DNA of 64,000 bases from an uncultured Clostridia bacterium (lineage in GTDB: Bacteria > Bacillota > Clostridia > Oscillospirales > CAG-272): NCBI GenBank assembly GCA_948466345.1, contig CAOKAC010000005.1:8406-72405 (forward strand), in the 5' to 3' direction. The translations under genes were made by a program, and so were the position numbers. A model generated the notes under the pieces. That model was not told the origin of the DNA. It worked only from the letters and a program-made list of their open reading frames with translations, and ran no database searches. Below, one piece after another: positions 10,197 through 21,400 of the stretch (position 1 is the first letter of the stretch; each line of letters begins with the position of its first letter).

Positions 10197-10844
10197 ATGA
10201 AATATGATGCTGTCATTTTTGATTTGGACGGAACGCTCCTTGACACACTGGAGGATTTGGCGGATAGTGTAAACTATGCGCTGGAAGACGCCGGTCTGCC
10301 TGGACGTACTATTGAAGAGGTACGCCAATTTATCGGAGACGGTGTGCGCATGCTAATCACCCGGGCAGCGTCTCCTGTAGATAATGCCGAAGTCATTCAG
10401 TCTATACACCAGTGTTTTATCCAGCATTACAAAGAGAACTGCGAAAACAAAACGAAGCCTTATGCGGGCGTTTCAATTTTGCTGGATGCACTGCATCTCC
10501 ATGGTATCCCTACTGCAATCGTCTCCAATAAAGCGGATTTTGCTGTCAAAAAATTGGCAGACCAATACTTTCCTGATAAGATTACTCTTGCTGTGGGAGA
10601 CAGAGACGGTGTTCCACGCAAGCCTGCGCCGGATTCTCTTCTGGAGGTGATACGGCTGCTTGGTTGCAGCCGGCCTTTGTATGTGGGGGATTCGGACGTG
10701 GATGTTATGACTGCAAAAAATGCTGGTGTAGAGGGTGTTTTTGTTACCTGGGGATTTCGCAGCAGGGAAGACCTGCTTCAATCCGGTGCCGTCTGCCTGG
10801 CGGACAGCGCCCCGCAACTGGCCAAAATAATTTTGCAGTCGTAG
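10197..10844 (+). CDS. HAD-family hydrolase (phosphoglycolate phosphatase-like)
   Basis: Has the DLDGTLLDT motif I and a GDSDVDVMTAKNAG motif. Confidence 0.8.
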   Translation: MKYDAVIFDLDGTLLDTLEDLADSVNYALEDAGLPGRTIEEVRQFIGDGVRMLITRAASPVDNAEVIQSIHQCFIQHYKENCENKTKPYAGVSILLDALHLHGIPTAIVSNKADFAVKKLADQYFPDKITLAVGDRDGVPRKPAPDSLLEVIRLLGCSRPLYVGDSDVDVMTAKNAGVEGVFVTWGFRSREDLLQSGAVCLADSAPQLAKIILQS

Positions 10845-10862
10845 CATCAGAAAGGACGTATT

Positions 10863-11501
10863 GTGCATATTCCAAAATTTACTACAGATAAAGCAGAGGT
10901 GCTTTCATTTGCTTCCGCGTTGGCTGCGTGTACCTATAACGGATATAATCAGGCGCAGTGGCTGTATGTTCCAGATTTTTATACGGAATATCGGTATGTC
11001 CTTGGTACCATCGGCAAAAATCCTCTGATTGCTATTGGTGTCAACCCCTCTACGGCGGAACCGGATCGTCTGGACAACACCCTGAAAAGCGTAGAGCGTA
11101 TCGCCTTTGCAAATGGATACGACAGCTTTATGATGCTTAACGTATATGCGCAGCGGGCCACTGCACCGGAGGATATGGAACGAACCTGCAACGAATATCT
11201 GCACAAAGAGAATTTACGCGCATTGGAATATGTGCTGGGACTCTGTGCAAGCTCACCCTCTGTTTGGGCAGCTTGGGGAACGATCATCGAAATGCGTTCC
11301 TATCTTCCAAAATGTGTAATGGATATGATTTTCCTAGGAGAAAAATATGGCGCGCGCTGGTTTACTGCAGGCACTCGCTCTAAAAAAGGGGGGCATCCCC
11401 ATCATCCGCTGTATTTGAAAAAGAACACGCAGTTAGATCCCTTTGATGTCCGCACTTATTGTGAGAATCTTATACAGAAACATTGTCTTTCTACAAAATA
11501 A
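10863..11501 (+). CDS. DUF1643 domain-containing protein
   Basis: IAIGVNPSTAEPDRLDNTLKSV and MLNVYAQRAT are remembered DUF1643 signatures. GTG start. Confidence 0.65.
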   Translation: MHIPKFTTDKAEVLSFASALAACTYNGYNQAQWLYVPDFYTEYRYVLGTIGKNPLIAIGVNPSTAEPDRLDNTLKSVERIAFANGYDSFMMLNVYAQRATAPEDMERTCNEYLHKENLRALEYVLGLCASSPSVWAAWGTIIEMRSYLPKCVMDMIFLGEKYGARWFTAGTRSKKGGHPHHPLYLKKNTQLDPFDVRTYCENLIQKHCLSTK

Positions 11502-11574
11502 AGCACAAAACACATTGACTTCATTCCATATATTATATATAATTTATACAAATATATGGAAAGGATCCTTCAAA

Positions 11575-13671
11575 ATGAAAAGAACAATTTCATGCTTTCT
11601 TGCGGTCATAATGGTCTTCACCATGATCTTGTGTACTGTCTCAGGCGGCGCCGCATTCCATGATCCCACTGCTTCGTATATTCCACAGGTAGCAGCCAAC
11701 GAGGACAGCGGCATCTCCTTGTGGTTTGACTACAGCAGCAAAAAAATCAGCAGTGCTGATACGCAAAGCAGTGGAATGGATACTTTTACAGCCTATATGG
11801 CAAAAAATGAGATAGAAAACATTCAATTTGTTCTGTACGCTCAGGAGGGGCGTACAGATTTAGATGCCCAGCTCCAACCTTTTACCAACGAGCATGGAGA
11901 TGTCATCGATAGCGAATTGTTTATTCAGTATTATCATGACTGTGGTATAAACGGAATGGTACCGGATGCGATTCCGCCGCTTTCGGCATACGGTTCCTTT
12001 GACTTGCACGCCGGCCGCTCTCAAGCGTTTCTTATTAAGTTGAAAACGACCGCAGATACCCCGGAAGGATGGTACTCCGCCGAACTCACAATCCGAAACA
12101 GTCAAGGCCAGGAAGTAAAAAAGGCAACAGTTTTTGCTTATGTATGGGATTTTGCCTTGTCGGAAGAAACTGCTTGCGCTACAAGTATGAATCTGGACAA
12201 AAGTTATCTGCTGCGTGCGCATAAGGGGACGGCTCTTTCTGAAACAGAGCTGTATAAAGCATATTATGATTACATGCTGGAGAACCGCGTCTGCGCATAC
12301 AATCTGCCATATGAGCTGTATGACACGGAAGCGCTGGAATATATGGACAATCCTCGGGTGACCTCGTATCAGTACCCCGTGGATAACGCTGCAATTATGC
12401 AAATGCTCTTTATAGATGCTTTCAATGATCCAGATATGGGTGCTGCTCGTTTTGACAAGGCGTACTATTTCAGTAATGTTGTGGACGCGGCAAAGCCTAC
12501 CGATTTGGAAGCGCTGCGGGAACACTATGACAAGATGGAAAGTCAGGTTGCCCCTTATACTCCCGGCTATGCTAAGGTTCCATTCTGGTTTATTTCTACA
12601 TATATCAATGATATTGATTATCCTTCCCCTGCTGGAGATACCATTGACCAAATCCAATATTACAGCGACTTTGTGAATTTGTGGTGTTCTAAAACCTTTG
12701 CCTTTACCGGTAAAGAAGAGCTGTCCGTTCCTGGAGCAAAAGTGCTGCAGCCGGAGAAATGGGACAGTATATACGGAACCTTTCAGGAGAGAATGGCTGC
12801 AAAGCAGCAAGCGGGACAAAAGGTTTGGTGGTTTATTTCCTGGGATGTTGAGGCACCGTATATCAACTACTATATGCAGACAGACGGTACTGCACAGCGT
12901 ATTCTTTTCTGGCAGCAGTTTGACAACAATGTAGAGGGATTTCTTTATAATTTTGCAAACTTCTGGATTGCAGATGTGGAGAATCCTTATGAAAATACTG
13001 TGTCCAACGCCGCATATCCCAACGCTTACGGAGAATCTATTCTATTATATCCCGGCACGAAATATAGTATAGACGGCCCGATAGGCAGCCTTCGCATGGA
13101 AGCTATGCGGGACGGTATTGAAGACTACCAAATGCTCACAATGCTGCAAGAGTATAAAGATTCTGCGGCTGCAGATGCTTGGGTCGATCAGCTTACCACT
13201 GGAATGGTACGATATTCTACGGATGCAGAAAAATATTATTCCGTTCGCAAAGCCTTAGGCGAAGAGATTGAAGCCGCTGCAAAAATGGACAACTGTGCAC
13301 ATGAATATACCTGTACTACCGTTGCTGCCACCTGCAAGGCTGCCGGCAGCAATACCTATACCTGCAGCTTGTGCAGCCACAGGTATACAGAAGAGCTTCC
13401 CAAACTGGAGCATACCTATGAAGATGGTGTATGCGCCGGATGCGGTGCGCCGGATCCTAGTGTGACGCCCAGCTATAAAAAGGGAGACATTGATGGGGAT
13501 GGAGAAATCACGATTCGGGATATAGGACTTTTGCGTTTGTCCTTAGCAGACAAATATCCGCAAGACGCACAAATGCGTCTTGCCGGAGATATCGATGGAG
13601 ACGGAGAGATTACGATCCGAGACGTGGGGATGCTGCGGCTGTATTTGGCGGACAAAATTACTTTGAATTGA
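11575..13671 (+). CDS. secreted DUF4091/GH123-like protein with a Cys-rich module and a C-terminal type I dockerin
   Basis: The ATG at 11575 follows GGAAAGGA. Signal peptide MKRTISCFLAVIMVFTMILCTVSG. Two dockerin Ca-binding repeats GDIDGDGEITIRD(I/V)G(L/M)LRL.LADK lie at the C-terminus. Confidence 0.8.
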   Translation: MKRTISCFLAVIMVFTMILCTVSGGAAFHDPTASYIPQVAANEDSGISLWFDYSSKKISSADTQSSGMDTFTAYMAKNEIENIQFVLYAQEGRTDLDAQLQPFTNEHGDVIDSELFIQYYHDCGINGMVPDAIPPLSAYGSFDLHAGRSQAFLIKLKTTADTPEGWYSAELTIRNSQGQEVKKATVFAYVWDFALSEETACATSMNLDKSYLLRAHKGTALSETELYKAYYDYMLENRVCAYNLPYELYDTEALEYMDNPRVTSYQYPVDNAAIMQMLFIDAFNDPDMGAARFDKAYYFSNVVDAAKPTDLEALREHYDKMESQVAPYTPGYAKVPFWFISTYINDIDYPSPAGDTIDQIQYYSDFVNLWCSKTFAFTGKEELSVPGAKVLQPEKWDSIYGTFQERMAAKQQAGQKVWWFISWDVEAPYINYYMQTDGTAQRILFWQQFDNNVEGFLYNFANFWIADVENPYENTVSNAAYPNAYGESILLYPGTKYSIDGPIGSLRMEAMRDGIEDYQMLTMLQEYKDSAAADAWVDQLTTGMVRYSTDAEKYYSVRKALGEEIEAAAKMDNCAHEYTCTTVAATCKAAGSNTYTCSLCSHRYTEELPKLEHTYEDGVCAGCGAPDPSVTPSYKKGDIDGDGEITIRDIGLLRLSLADKYPQDAQMRLAGDIDGDGEITIRDVGMLRLYLADKITLN

Positions 13672-13677
13672 TACCTT

Positions 13678-13713
13678 AAAGCAGCGCCATGAGATACGTG
13701 GCGCTGCTTTTTA
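13678..13713 (+). terminator. rho-independent terminator
   Basis: Stem aaagcagcgcca / tggcgctgcttt followed by T's. Confidence 0.75.
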
Positions 13714-13731
13714 TCATTTTTAAAAAAACTA

Positions 13732-13760
13732 TTGCATTTTTCAAAAATTTATGCTATACT
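13732..13760 (+). promoter_or_regulatory. sigma-A type promoter for tRNA-Glu
   Basis: TTGCAT, 17-nt spacer, TGcTATACT (extended -10), about 18 nt upstream of the tRNA 5' end. Confidence 0.65.
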
Positions 13761-13777
13761 TTTAAATGCTGATATGC

Positions 13778-13852
13778 GGCCCGTTGGTCAAGCGGCTAAG
13801 ACACCGCCCTCTCACGGCGGAAACGGGGGTTCGATTCCCCCACGGGTCACCA
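13778..13852 (+). tRNA. tRNA-Glu (anticodon CUC), CCA encoded
   Basis: Hand-folded cloverleaf. Acceptor GGCCCGU/ACGGGUC, anticodon stem CCGCC/GGCGG with loop CUCUCAC, T arm GGGGG-UUCGAUU-CCCCC, then ACCA. Confidence 0.9.
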
Positions 13853-13855
13853 GTT

Positions 13856-13884
13856 CCCGAAAGCTTTGGCTTTCGGGATTTTCT
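13856..13884 (+). terminator. terminator after tRNA-Glu
   Basis: Stem cccgaaagc / gctttcggg followed by attttct. Confidence 0.7.
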
Positions 13885-13969
13885 ATTATATGGGATTCCT
13901 TGACAAACATAGGTAAATATGATAGCATTCTGTAAGGAATATTTTGTAAAGCACGAAAGGAGAAGATCC

Positions 13970-14776
13970 ATGAAAAGAATCTGGAACATGACAGCATGGA
14001 TTTTACTGGTTATTCTGATCATAGGTTTGTTTGCAGGCTGTTCTAAAGAAGATTCTGATGCAGAATCCAACGAACCGGAAACTACTACAGCCGTGCAAAC
14101 AACTGCCGCGGAAGAGACAACAAAGATTGAACCCGGACAAACGCGTCCCATAGTAGATCCTGACGCTCCGTTGGAATATGAAATCAGCTATACGAATGTA
14201 TATTTATATGAGGTGAGCAGCGGAGCTGTATGGATGCAGGCGATTGCCGAAATTACAAATACCGGAGAGGCAGTCCTAAGCTTAGATACCGCAACATTCC
14301 ACGTTAAAAACGATGCAGGAGATACTATTGCCAGCAAAGGGAATATCCACGCTTATCCCACAATGCTAAACGCAGGAGAAAAAGGATATTTTTATATTGA
14401 AACGCCTATTGAGGGTGCAGATGTAAATTCCAAAATGACGCTGGATCCTCAAGTAGAGATTTCCAAGACAAGTTTGATCAGGCATACCTTTGAGGCAGTC
14501 GATACAAAACTTTCTACAAATGCGCTGGGGGACTTAACCGTTACTGGAAAGATTGAAAATACCACGGATAAATCATTCAATACCGTTTATATTGCCGCCG
14601 TTTTATATGATAAGGATAATCTTCCGATTGGAGTGATTCCTTCAAGCTTGTCCTATTCCCTGCTGGCAGGAGAGACGGCCGAACTGGAATGTTCTGCTTT
14701 TGCTCTGCCGGATACTATTGACAAAGAGTCTGTTGCAAGCTTTACCATATGGGCCTATGCAGTTACAGCTGCATAA
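13970..14776 (+). CDS. putative lipoprotein, two repeated beta-sandwich-like halves, function unknown
   Basis: The ATG at 13970 follows AAAGGAG. Lipobox LFAGC is followed by an acidic and Thr-rich linker. Confidence 0.7.
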   Translation: MKRIWNMTAWILLVILIIGLFAGCSKEDSDAESNEPETTTAVQTTAAEETTKIEPGQTRPIVDPDAPLEYEISYTNVYLYEVSSGAVWMQAIAEITNTGEAVLSLDTATFHVKNDAGDTIASKGNIHAYPTMLNAGEKGYFYIETPIEGADVNSKMTLDPQVEISKTSLIRHTFEAVDTKLSTNALGDLTVTGKIENTTDKSFNTVYIAAVLYDKDNLPIGVIPSSLSYSLLAGETAELECSAFALPDTIDKESVASFTIWAYAVTAA

Positions 14777-14825
14777 AATATGAGTTAGAACACAATAAAC
14801 GGACTTCCTTTTTGGCTAGTCCGTT

Positions 14826-14867
14826 AAAAAACTCCTGTGGCGTTATTTCGCCACAGGAGCTTTTTTT
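14826..14867. terminator. bidirectional terminator
   Basis: 11-bp stem ctcctgtggcg / cgccacaggag flanked by A5 and T7. Confidence 0.8.
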
Positions 14868-15474
14868 ATTTTTCAATCTCTCTATCGTATACAATATAGC
14901 TGTACATTTCCGTGGTACCACCCACAGATGCTGTAATAGTGACATATCCGGTGGATTGGAATTGCACAAGTCCATTTTCGCTTACAGCAGCAATACCTGC
15001 ATTGCTGGATGTAAACGAATTAGCCGGAATAGATGGTTGTAGCTTATAGGCGGTATTTACCTGATGTATCTGTGGACCGGATGCCTCAGCATCTACAATA
15101 CTTCCGCTGGGGAGTACGGTAATAACAATGGCTGATGCGCGTTCTTCCTTTTCCGATTTTGCTATAACCATAGAGGTACCGGCGCTCTTTGCAGTAATAT
15201 TTCCTTTTTGATCCACAGATACTACGGCGGGTTTGGCAGAGCGATATTCTGCATCCGGCCACAGACGCTTAAAAGAGCAAGTTTCGCCGATTCCCAAGAC
15301 TTTTCCATTGATAACGGTAACTGTCTCGTAATCTTCGTCTTTGATACTTGTCTTTACTATAGTATCCTGGAGTGTATTGTCTCCCTCTACATCTGCATCG
15401 GATTTCGCTTTTCTGCATCCGGCTGCCGTTAGGAGAACGGCAAAAACAAGCAGCAGCGCAAATAACTTTTTCAT
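14866..15474 (-). CDS. lipoprotein with bacterial Ig-like (Big_2-type) domains
   Basis: Lipobox LTAAGC. The repeated pattern VSVDQKGNITAKSAGTSMV / AAVSENGLVQFQSTGYVTITA is typical of Big_2 domains. Confidence 0.7.
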   Translation of the reverse strand: MKKLFALLLVFAVLLTAAGCRKAKSDADVEGDNTLQDTIVKTSIKDEDYETVTVINGKVLGIGETCSFKRLWPDAEYRSAKPAVVSVDQKGNITAKSAGTSMVIAKSEKEERASAIVITVLPSGSIVDAEASGPQIHQVNTAYKLQPSIPANSFTSSNAGIAAVSENGLVQFQSTGYVTITASVGGTTEMYSYIVYDREIEK

Positions 15475-15518
15475 GTCAATATTTCCTTTCCTGTCAGTCT
15501 TTATGTGCAGGCATATTT

Positions 15519-17603
<2,085 letters not shown>

Positions 17604-17689
17604 TTACAGGGCGCTGATCCTATTTTATACCAATATAAAATTATTATATCATGCTACAAAAATGAAAACAAGATTTTTTTCATTTTCTA

Positions 17690-17739
17690 TTGACAAATCA
17701 AAGTGCATAGAATATAATGAACATATGAACACTTATTCA
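17690..17739 (+). promoter_or_regulatory. promoter overlapped by an ArsR/SmtB-type operator
   Basis: TTGACA, 17-nt spacer, TATAAT (17690..17718). It is followed by TGAACACTTATTCA (17726..17739), nearly identical to the remembered SmtB operator core TGAACAGTTATTCA. Confidence 0.6.
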
Positions 17740-17758
17740 TTTGTTGAAAGGAGAGAGT

Positions 17759-18100
17759 ATGGAAAAAGAAACAGATGCAATGCATGGCGACGACTTTGCT
17801 GTTGTGCGGGAAAAGCTGCCGGATGAAGAAGTGCTGTACGATCTAGCGGAACTGTATAAGATTTTTGGCGATACTACCCGTGTGAAGCTTTTATGTATTC
17901 TTTTTGAGGGAGAAATGTGCGTGCAGCACTTGGCGGAGCTTTTGCAGGTGTCTCAATCGGCAGTGTCGCATCAGCTGCGTATTTTAAAAGGAGCCAGACT
18001 TGTGAAATACAGACGGGACGGCAAGACAGTATATTATGCGTTGGCGGACGACCATGTCAGGGAGATTATTGAATGCGGTATGGAACATATTACAGAATAG
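17759..18100 (+). CDS. ArsR/SmtB family metal-sensing transcriptional repressor
   Basis: The ATG at 17759 follows AAAGGAGAGAG. wHTH sequence LAELLQVSQSAVSHQLRILKGARLV, plus LCILFEGEMCV (alpha3 Cys pair). Confidence 0.85.
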   Translation: MEKETDAMHGDDFAVVREKLPDEEVLYDLAELYKIFGDTTRVKLLCILFEGEMCVQHLAELLQVSQSAVSHQLRILKGARLVKYRRDGKTVYYALADDHVREIIECGMEHITE

Positions 18101-18149
18101 TGAAGAGACTGGTCTGAAAACAAACTCAGAGAAAGGAATGGTTATAAAG

Positions 18150-18371
18150 ATGATTAAAACATTTAAATTAACAGAATTGGATTGCCCGGTATGTGCAAAT
18201 AAAATGCAGGAGGCAGTGGCGAAAATCGATGGTGTATCCCAGGCACGAGTAGATTTTTTGGTGATGAAGCTCACCATTGAAGCAGAGGAGAATGATTTCC
18301 CCAGAATTTTAAAGCAGGCCGGCAAGGTTGTACGTAAGGTGGAACCGGACTGTGCATTGATTGAAATGTAA
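18150..18371 (+). CDS. stand-alone heavy-metal-associated (HMA) domain protein
   Basis: MIKTFKLTELDCPVCANKMQEAV.. has a ferredoxin-like HMA pattern with CxxC. The start is ambiguous (18138 or 18150). Confidence 0.65.
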   Translation: MIKTFKLTELDCPVCANKMQEAVAKIDGVSQARVDFLVMKLTIEAEENDFPRILKQAGKVVRKVEPDCALIEM

Positions 18372-18388
18372 GCGGGGGACGTGTTGTT

Positions 18389-20239
18389 ATGCGGTTTACA
18401 CGTTCTCAGAAAAAACGGCTGATGGCTATTATAGCAGGTGCGGCGCTCTTTCTGAGCGGCGGTGTTCTTGCCCTGATGCATTTGGATACAGCAGCTGCCG
18501 TCCTTTTTGTAGCGGCTGGCGTTTTTGCCGGTGCAATGTGTGTGATACAGGCAGTGCGGGGCATTCTGGCAGGGGACTTCTTTGATGAAAATATGCTAAT
18601 GACCATTGCGGCAATCGGCGCAGTGTTGTTGGGGGAATATCCCGAATGTGCGGCAATTATGATTTTGTATCAGGTAGGGGAGTTGTTTCAGTCTATTGCG
18701 GTGGGCAGATCACGCCGGGCAATCAGCGCACTGAGTAACCTGTATCCAGACACGGCGGAGGTACTGGGAGAAGACGGAGCATTTCAAACAGTCCCAACTA
18801 TGGAACTAGCAGTGGGGGATACCATCCGCATTGCCCCCGGGGGAAGAATTCCGGCGGATTGCGTGATTTTATCAGGGACTACGGCTATCGATACCTCTCC
18901 GGTGACTGGGGAAAGCATGCCTAGAGACGCAGGACCAGGAGATACTATATATTCCGGATGCCTCAACAAAAGCGGGATGATGCAGGCGAGGGTTCTTCGG
19001 CCTGTGCAGGACAGTGCGGCTGGGCGGATCATGAAGCTTACAGAGACGGCGGGGGAGCGTAAAACCCGCTCCGAGGCGTTTATCACCCGATTTGCAAAAA
19101 TTTATACGCCTGCGGTAACAGGGATTGCCGCCGCCATTGCGTTTTTGGTTCCGTTGGTAATCTGTTTGGCAGATGGAACTCCTTACGGAGATATTTTCCC
19201 GGATTGGGGCAGACGCGCATTATCTATGCTAGTGATTTCCTGCCCCTGTGCGTTAGTAATTTCTGTTCCGTTGGGTTATTTTTGCGGTCTTGGAAATGCG
19301 TCAAAAAATGGGGTGCTGATTAAAGGAAGCGCCTTTTTAGACACAATGGCTGCTGTGGATATGGCTGTATTTGATAAAACGGGTACTCTTACTATGGGTA
19401 CACTGACAGTGGAAAATGTACACGCAGAAGGAGACATTACGGAAAGTCAGCTGCTTTCCATTGCAGCAGCAGCGGAGCAGCATTCTTCACATCCCATCGC
19501 AAAGGCTATTTGCGCCGCGGCGGAAGACTTTGCGCAAACGGTATCGGTGCGGGAGACAGCCGGCACCGGTGTTGAGGCGATTCTGTCGGATGGACGTACC
19601 GTGCGGGTAGGGCGGCCACAGTCGGATGTAGCGCATACTACGGCGGTGCAGGTATGGATTGACGATTGTTCAGTAGGGGTTATTTTGCTTGCTGACGTTG
19701 TAAATCCTACGGCAAAGGATGCATTGCGCCAGTTGAAAACTGCCGGTGTGGAGCAGACAGCAATCTTGACAGGTGATAATGCGCAGGCAGCCGATCTGGT
19801 TAAGGAATCGGTAAATGCTGATATCGTGTACGCGCAGCTTCTGCCGGAAGAAAAATTTGAAAAGATTGAAGCTTTGTGTGAGAGTGGAAAAAAGTTATTG
19901 TATGTAGGAGATGGCATCAACGATACACCGGCGTTGGCCAGGGCAGATATAGGTGTGGCTATTGGCGTGCTTGGCAGCGACGCCGCTGTGGATACAGCGG
20001 ATGCAGTGCTGATGGATACAGATTTGACACGTCTTGCATATGGTGTGCGGCTGGCCCGTAAAACATTGGGAATCGTTCGCTCGAATATTACCTTTTCTCT
20101 TACGGCAAAGCTGTTGGTACTCCTTTTGGCGGCATTGAATCTAGTAGGTATGTGGGGCGCTGTACTAGCTGATGTAGGTGTATCTATTTTGGCGGTAAGC
20201 AATTCTATGCGTTTGCTCCGGTATGGAAACAAGAGATAA
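18389..20239 (+). CDS. P1B-type heavy-metal (Cd/Zn/Co-type) translocating ATPase
   Basis: CPC motif (SCPCALVISVP), phosphorylation site DKTGTLT and hinge GDGINDTPALA. Confidence 0.9.
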   Translation: MRFTRSQKKRLMAIIAGAALFLSGGVLALMHLDTAAAVLFVAAGVFAGAMCVIQAVRGILAGDFFDENMLMTIAAIGAVLLGEYPECAAIMILYQVGELFQSIAVGRSRRAISALSNLYPDTAEVLGEDGAFQTVPTMELAVGDTIRIAPGGRIPADCVILSGTTAIDTSPVTGESMPRDAGPGDTIYSGCLNKSGMMQARVLRPVQDSAAGRIMKLTETAGERKTRSEAFITRFAKIYTPAVTGIAAAIAFLVPLVICLADGTPYGDIFPDWGRRALSMLVISCPCALVISVPLGYFCGLGNASKNGVLIKGSAFLDTMAAVDMAVFDKTGTLTMGTLTVENVHAEGDITESQLLSIAAAAEQHSSHPIAKAICAAAEDFAQTVSVRETAGTGVEAILSDGRTVRVGRPQSDVAHTTAVQVWIDDCSVGVILLADVVNPTAKDALRQLKTAGVEQTAILTGDNAQAADLVKESVNADIVYAQLLPEEKFEKIEALCESGKKLLYVGDGINDTPALARADIGVAIGVLGSDAAVDTADAVLMDTDLTRLAYGVRLARKTLGIVRSNITFSLTAKLLVLLLAALNLVGMWGAVLADVGVSILAVSNSMRLLRYGNKR

Positions 20240-20265
20240 AAAGAGCGCCCTAGGGCGCTCTTTTG
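20238..20265. terminator. bidirectional terminator
   Basis: Palindrome gagcgccctagggcgctc with flanking A/T runs. Confidence 0.7.
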
Positions 20266-20273
20266 CGTTATCT

Positions 20274-21242
20274 TTATTTCTTTCGCCGGCCGGATGCAAT
20301 TACATTGGAAGGTGTTGGGACTGGAGGATTTTCTGCAAGTGCAATTTTTCCTTTCCGTTTGGACCACTTACGAAATATAAATTTGTTGATTTCCGCTCCA
20401 TATATTAAAATCATCATACAGATATATAACCAAAGCATCAGGAACACAATGGCTGCAAGACTTCCATAAAGATAAGACGCGGTTGGAAAGTATCGAATAT
20501 ACAGGGAGTAGAAATAGGAAAATAAAACCCATCCTAGAGCTGCGAAAACAGCGCCTGGCATCTGCGCTAGGTATCCACGCGGGAGCTTGTCGGAAAGGCC
20601 AATATAGGCATCTTTAGATAGACGTTTGCCTTTTTTTGAGGCGGTATTATAAATCAGGGCAAAAAAAAGCGTGAGAACAATGATAAAAACAATGGTACTG
20701 CATTGGATAATGATATCAAAAATCATGGTGGCAATGGGATAGCGGCTTTCGCAGAAGCCCCGAATGGAATCTGCAAATACCAGAGCTACCAGCGAGCCAA
20801 GAATCGTTAGGATAAAAGAAAGGGTATAAAAAAGAGAGCGCAGAATATCAAAAAGAAAATTTTCGTTGATACGGATACCATAGGCTCCCCAGATTCCGCG
20901 AATTACTGCATTGACCCCGCGGGATGAACTCCACAAAGTGGAAATTGCGGTGATGGACACAAGAGAGATTCCGGCCTTTTCCGTTACTTCTGCAAGTACG
21001 GACTGCAGCAGGGAACCGATATCACCGGATATTTGATTTTCAATCCAGCCGACAACCCAGTCTACGTCGATCACATATTTTGCTAAACTCAGAAGCAAAA
21101 TAATGAAGGGAATGACGGAAATGATAATAAAAAAGCTGGCCTGCGCGGCGTAGACGTTGACCTGATCGCCAACAGTTTCTATTATAATGTCTACAATCTC
21201 CTGTCGAATTTTTGCAAAGGAGATCACCTTTGATTTTTTCAT
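20274..21242 (-). CDS. YihY/BrkB family membrane protein
   Basis: 322-aa polytopic protein. The N-terminus QASFFIIISVIPFIILLLSL and the overall pattern fit the YihY family. Confidence 0.7.
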   Translation of the reverse strand: MKKSKVISFAKIRQEIVDIIIETVGDQVNVYAAQASFFIIISVIPFIILLLSLAKYVIDVDWVVGWIENQISGDIGSLLQSVLAEVTEKAGISLVSITAISTLWSSSRGVNAVIRGIWGAYGIRINENFLFDILRSLFYTLSFILTILGSLVALVFADSIRGFCESRYPIATMIFDIIIQCSTIVFIIVLTLFFALIYNTASKKGKRLSKDAYIGLSDKLPRGYLAQMPGAVFAALGWVLFSYFYSLYIRYFPTASYLYGSLAAIVFLMLWLYICMMILIYGAEINKFIFRKWSKRKGKIALAENPPVPTPSNVIASGRRKK

Positions 21243-21400
21243 TTGAGAAAAGTGCCTCCTTTATCAAATAAATGGCAAACTACTCTACTATATTATAATC
21301 TTTTCATCTTTTCTTGTCAATCGGGTAAATATTGACAGATGCATTCCCGCATGGTATCATATACGCAAAAGCTATAGTATTATGCAAGGTTGGAGTATTT

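Noticed and set aside
11860-12819. 319-aa minus-strand ORF
   Set aside because: It is antisense to the dockerin/DUF4091 gene. The sequence looks non-protein-like (Arg/Ile/Phe-rich) and there is no RBS.
13488-13662. Apparent tandem DNA repeat (~72 nt x 2)
   Set aside because: It is the coding sequence of the two dockerin F-hand repeats, so it is a protein-level duplication and not a non-coding repeat or CRISPR-like array.
19447-20367. 306-aa minus-strand ORF
   Set aside because: It is antisense to the P-type ATPase. The translation is an Ala/Ser/Thr-rich mirror of the sense frame and runs through the terminator.
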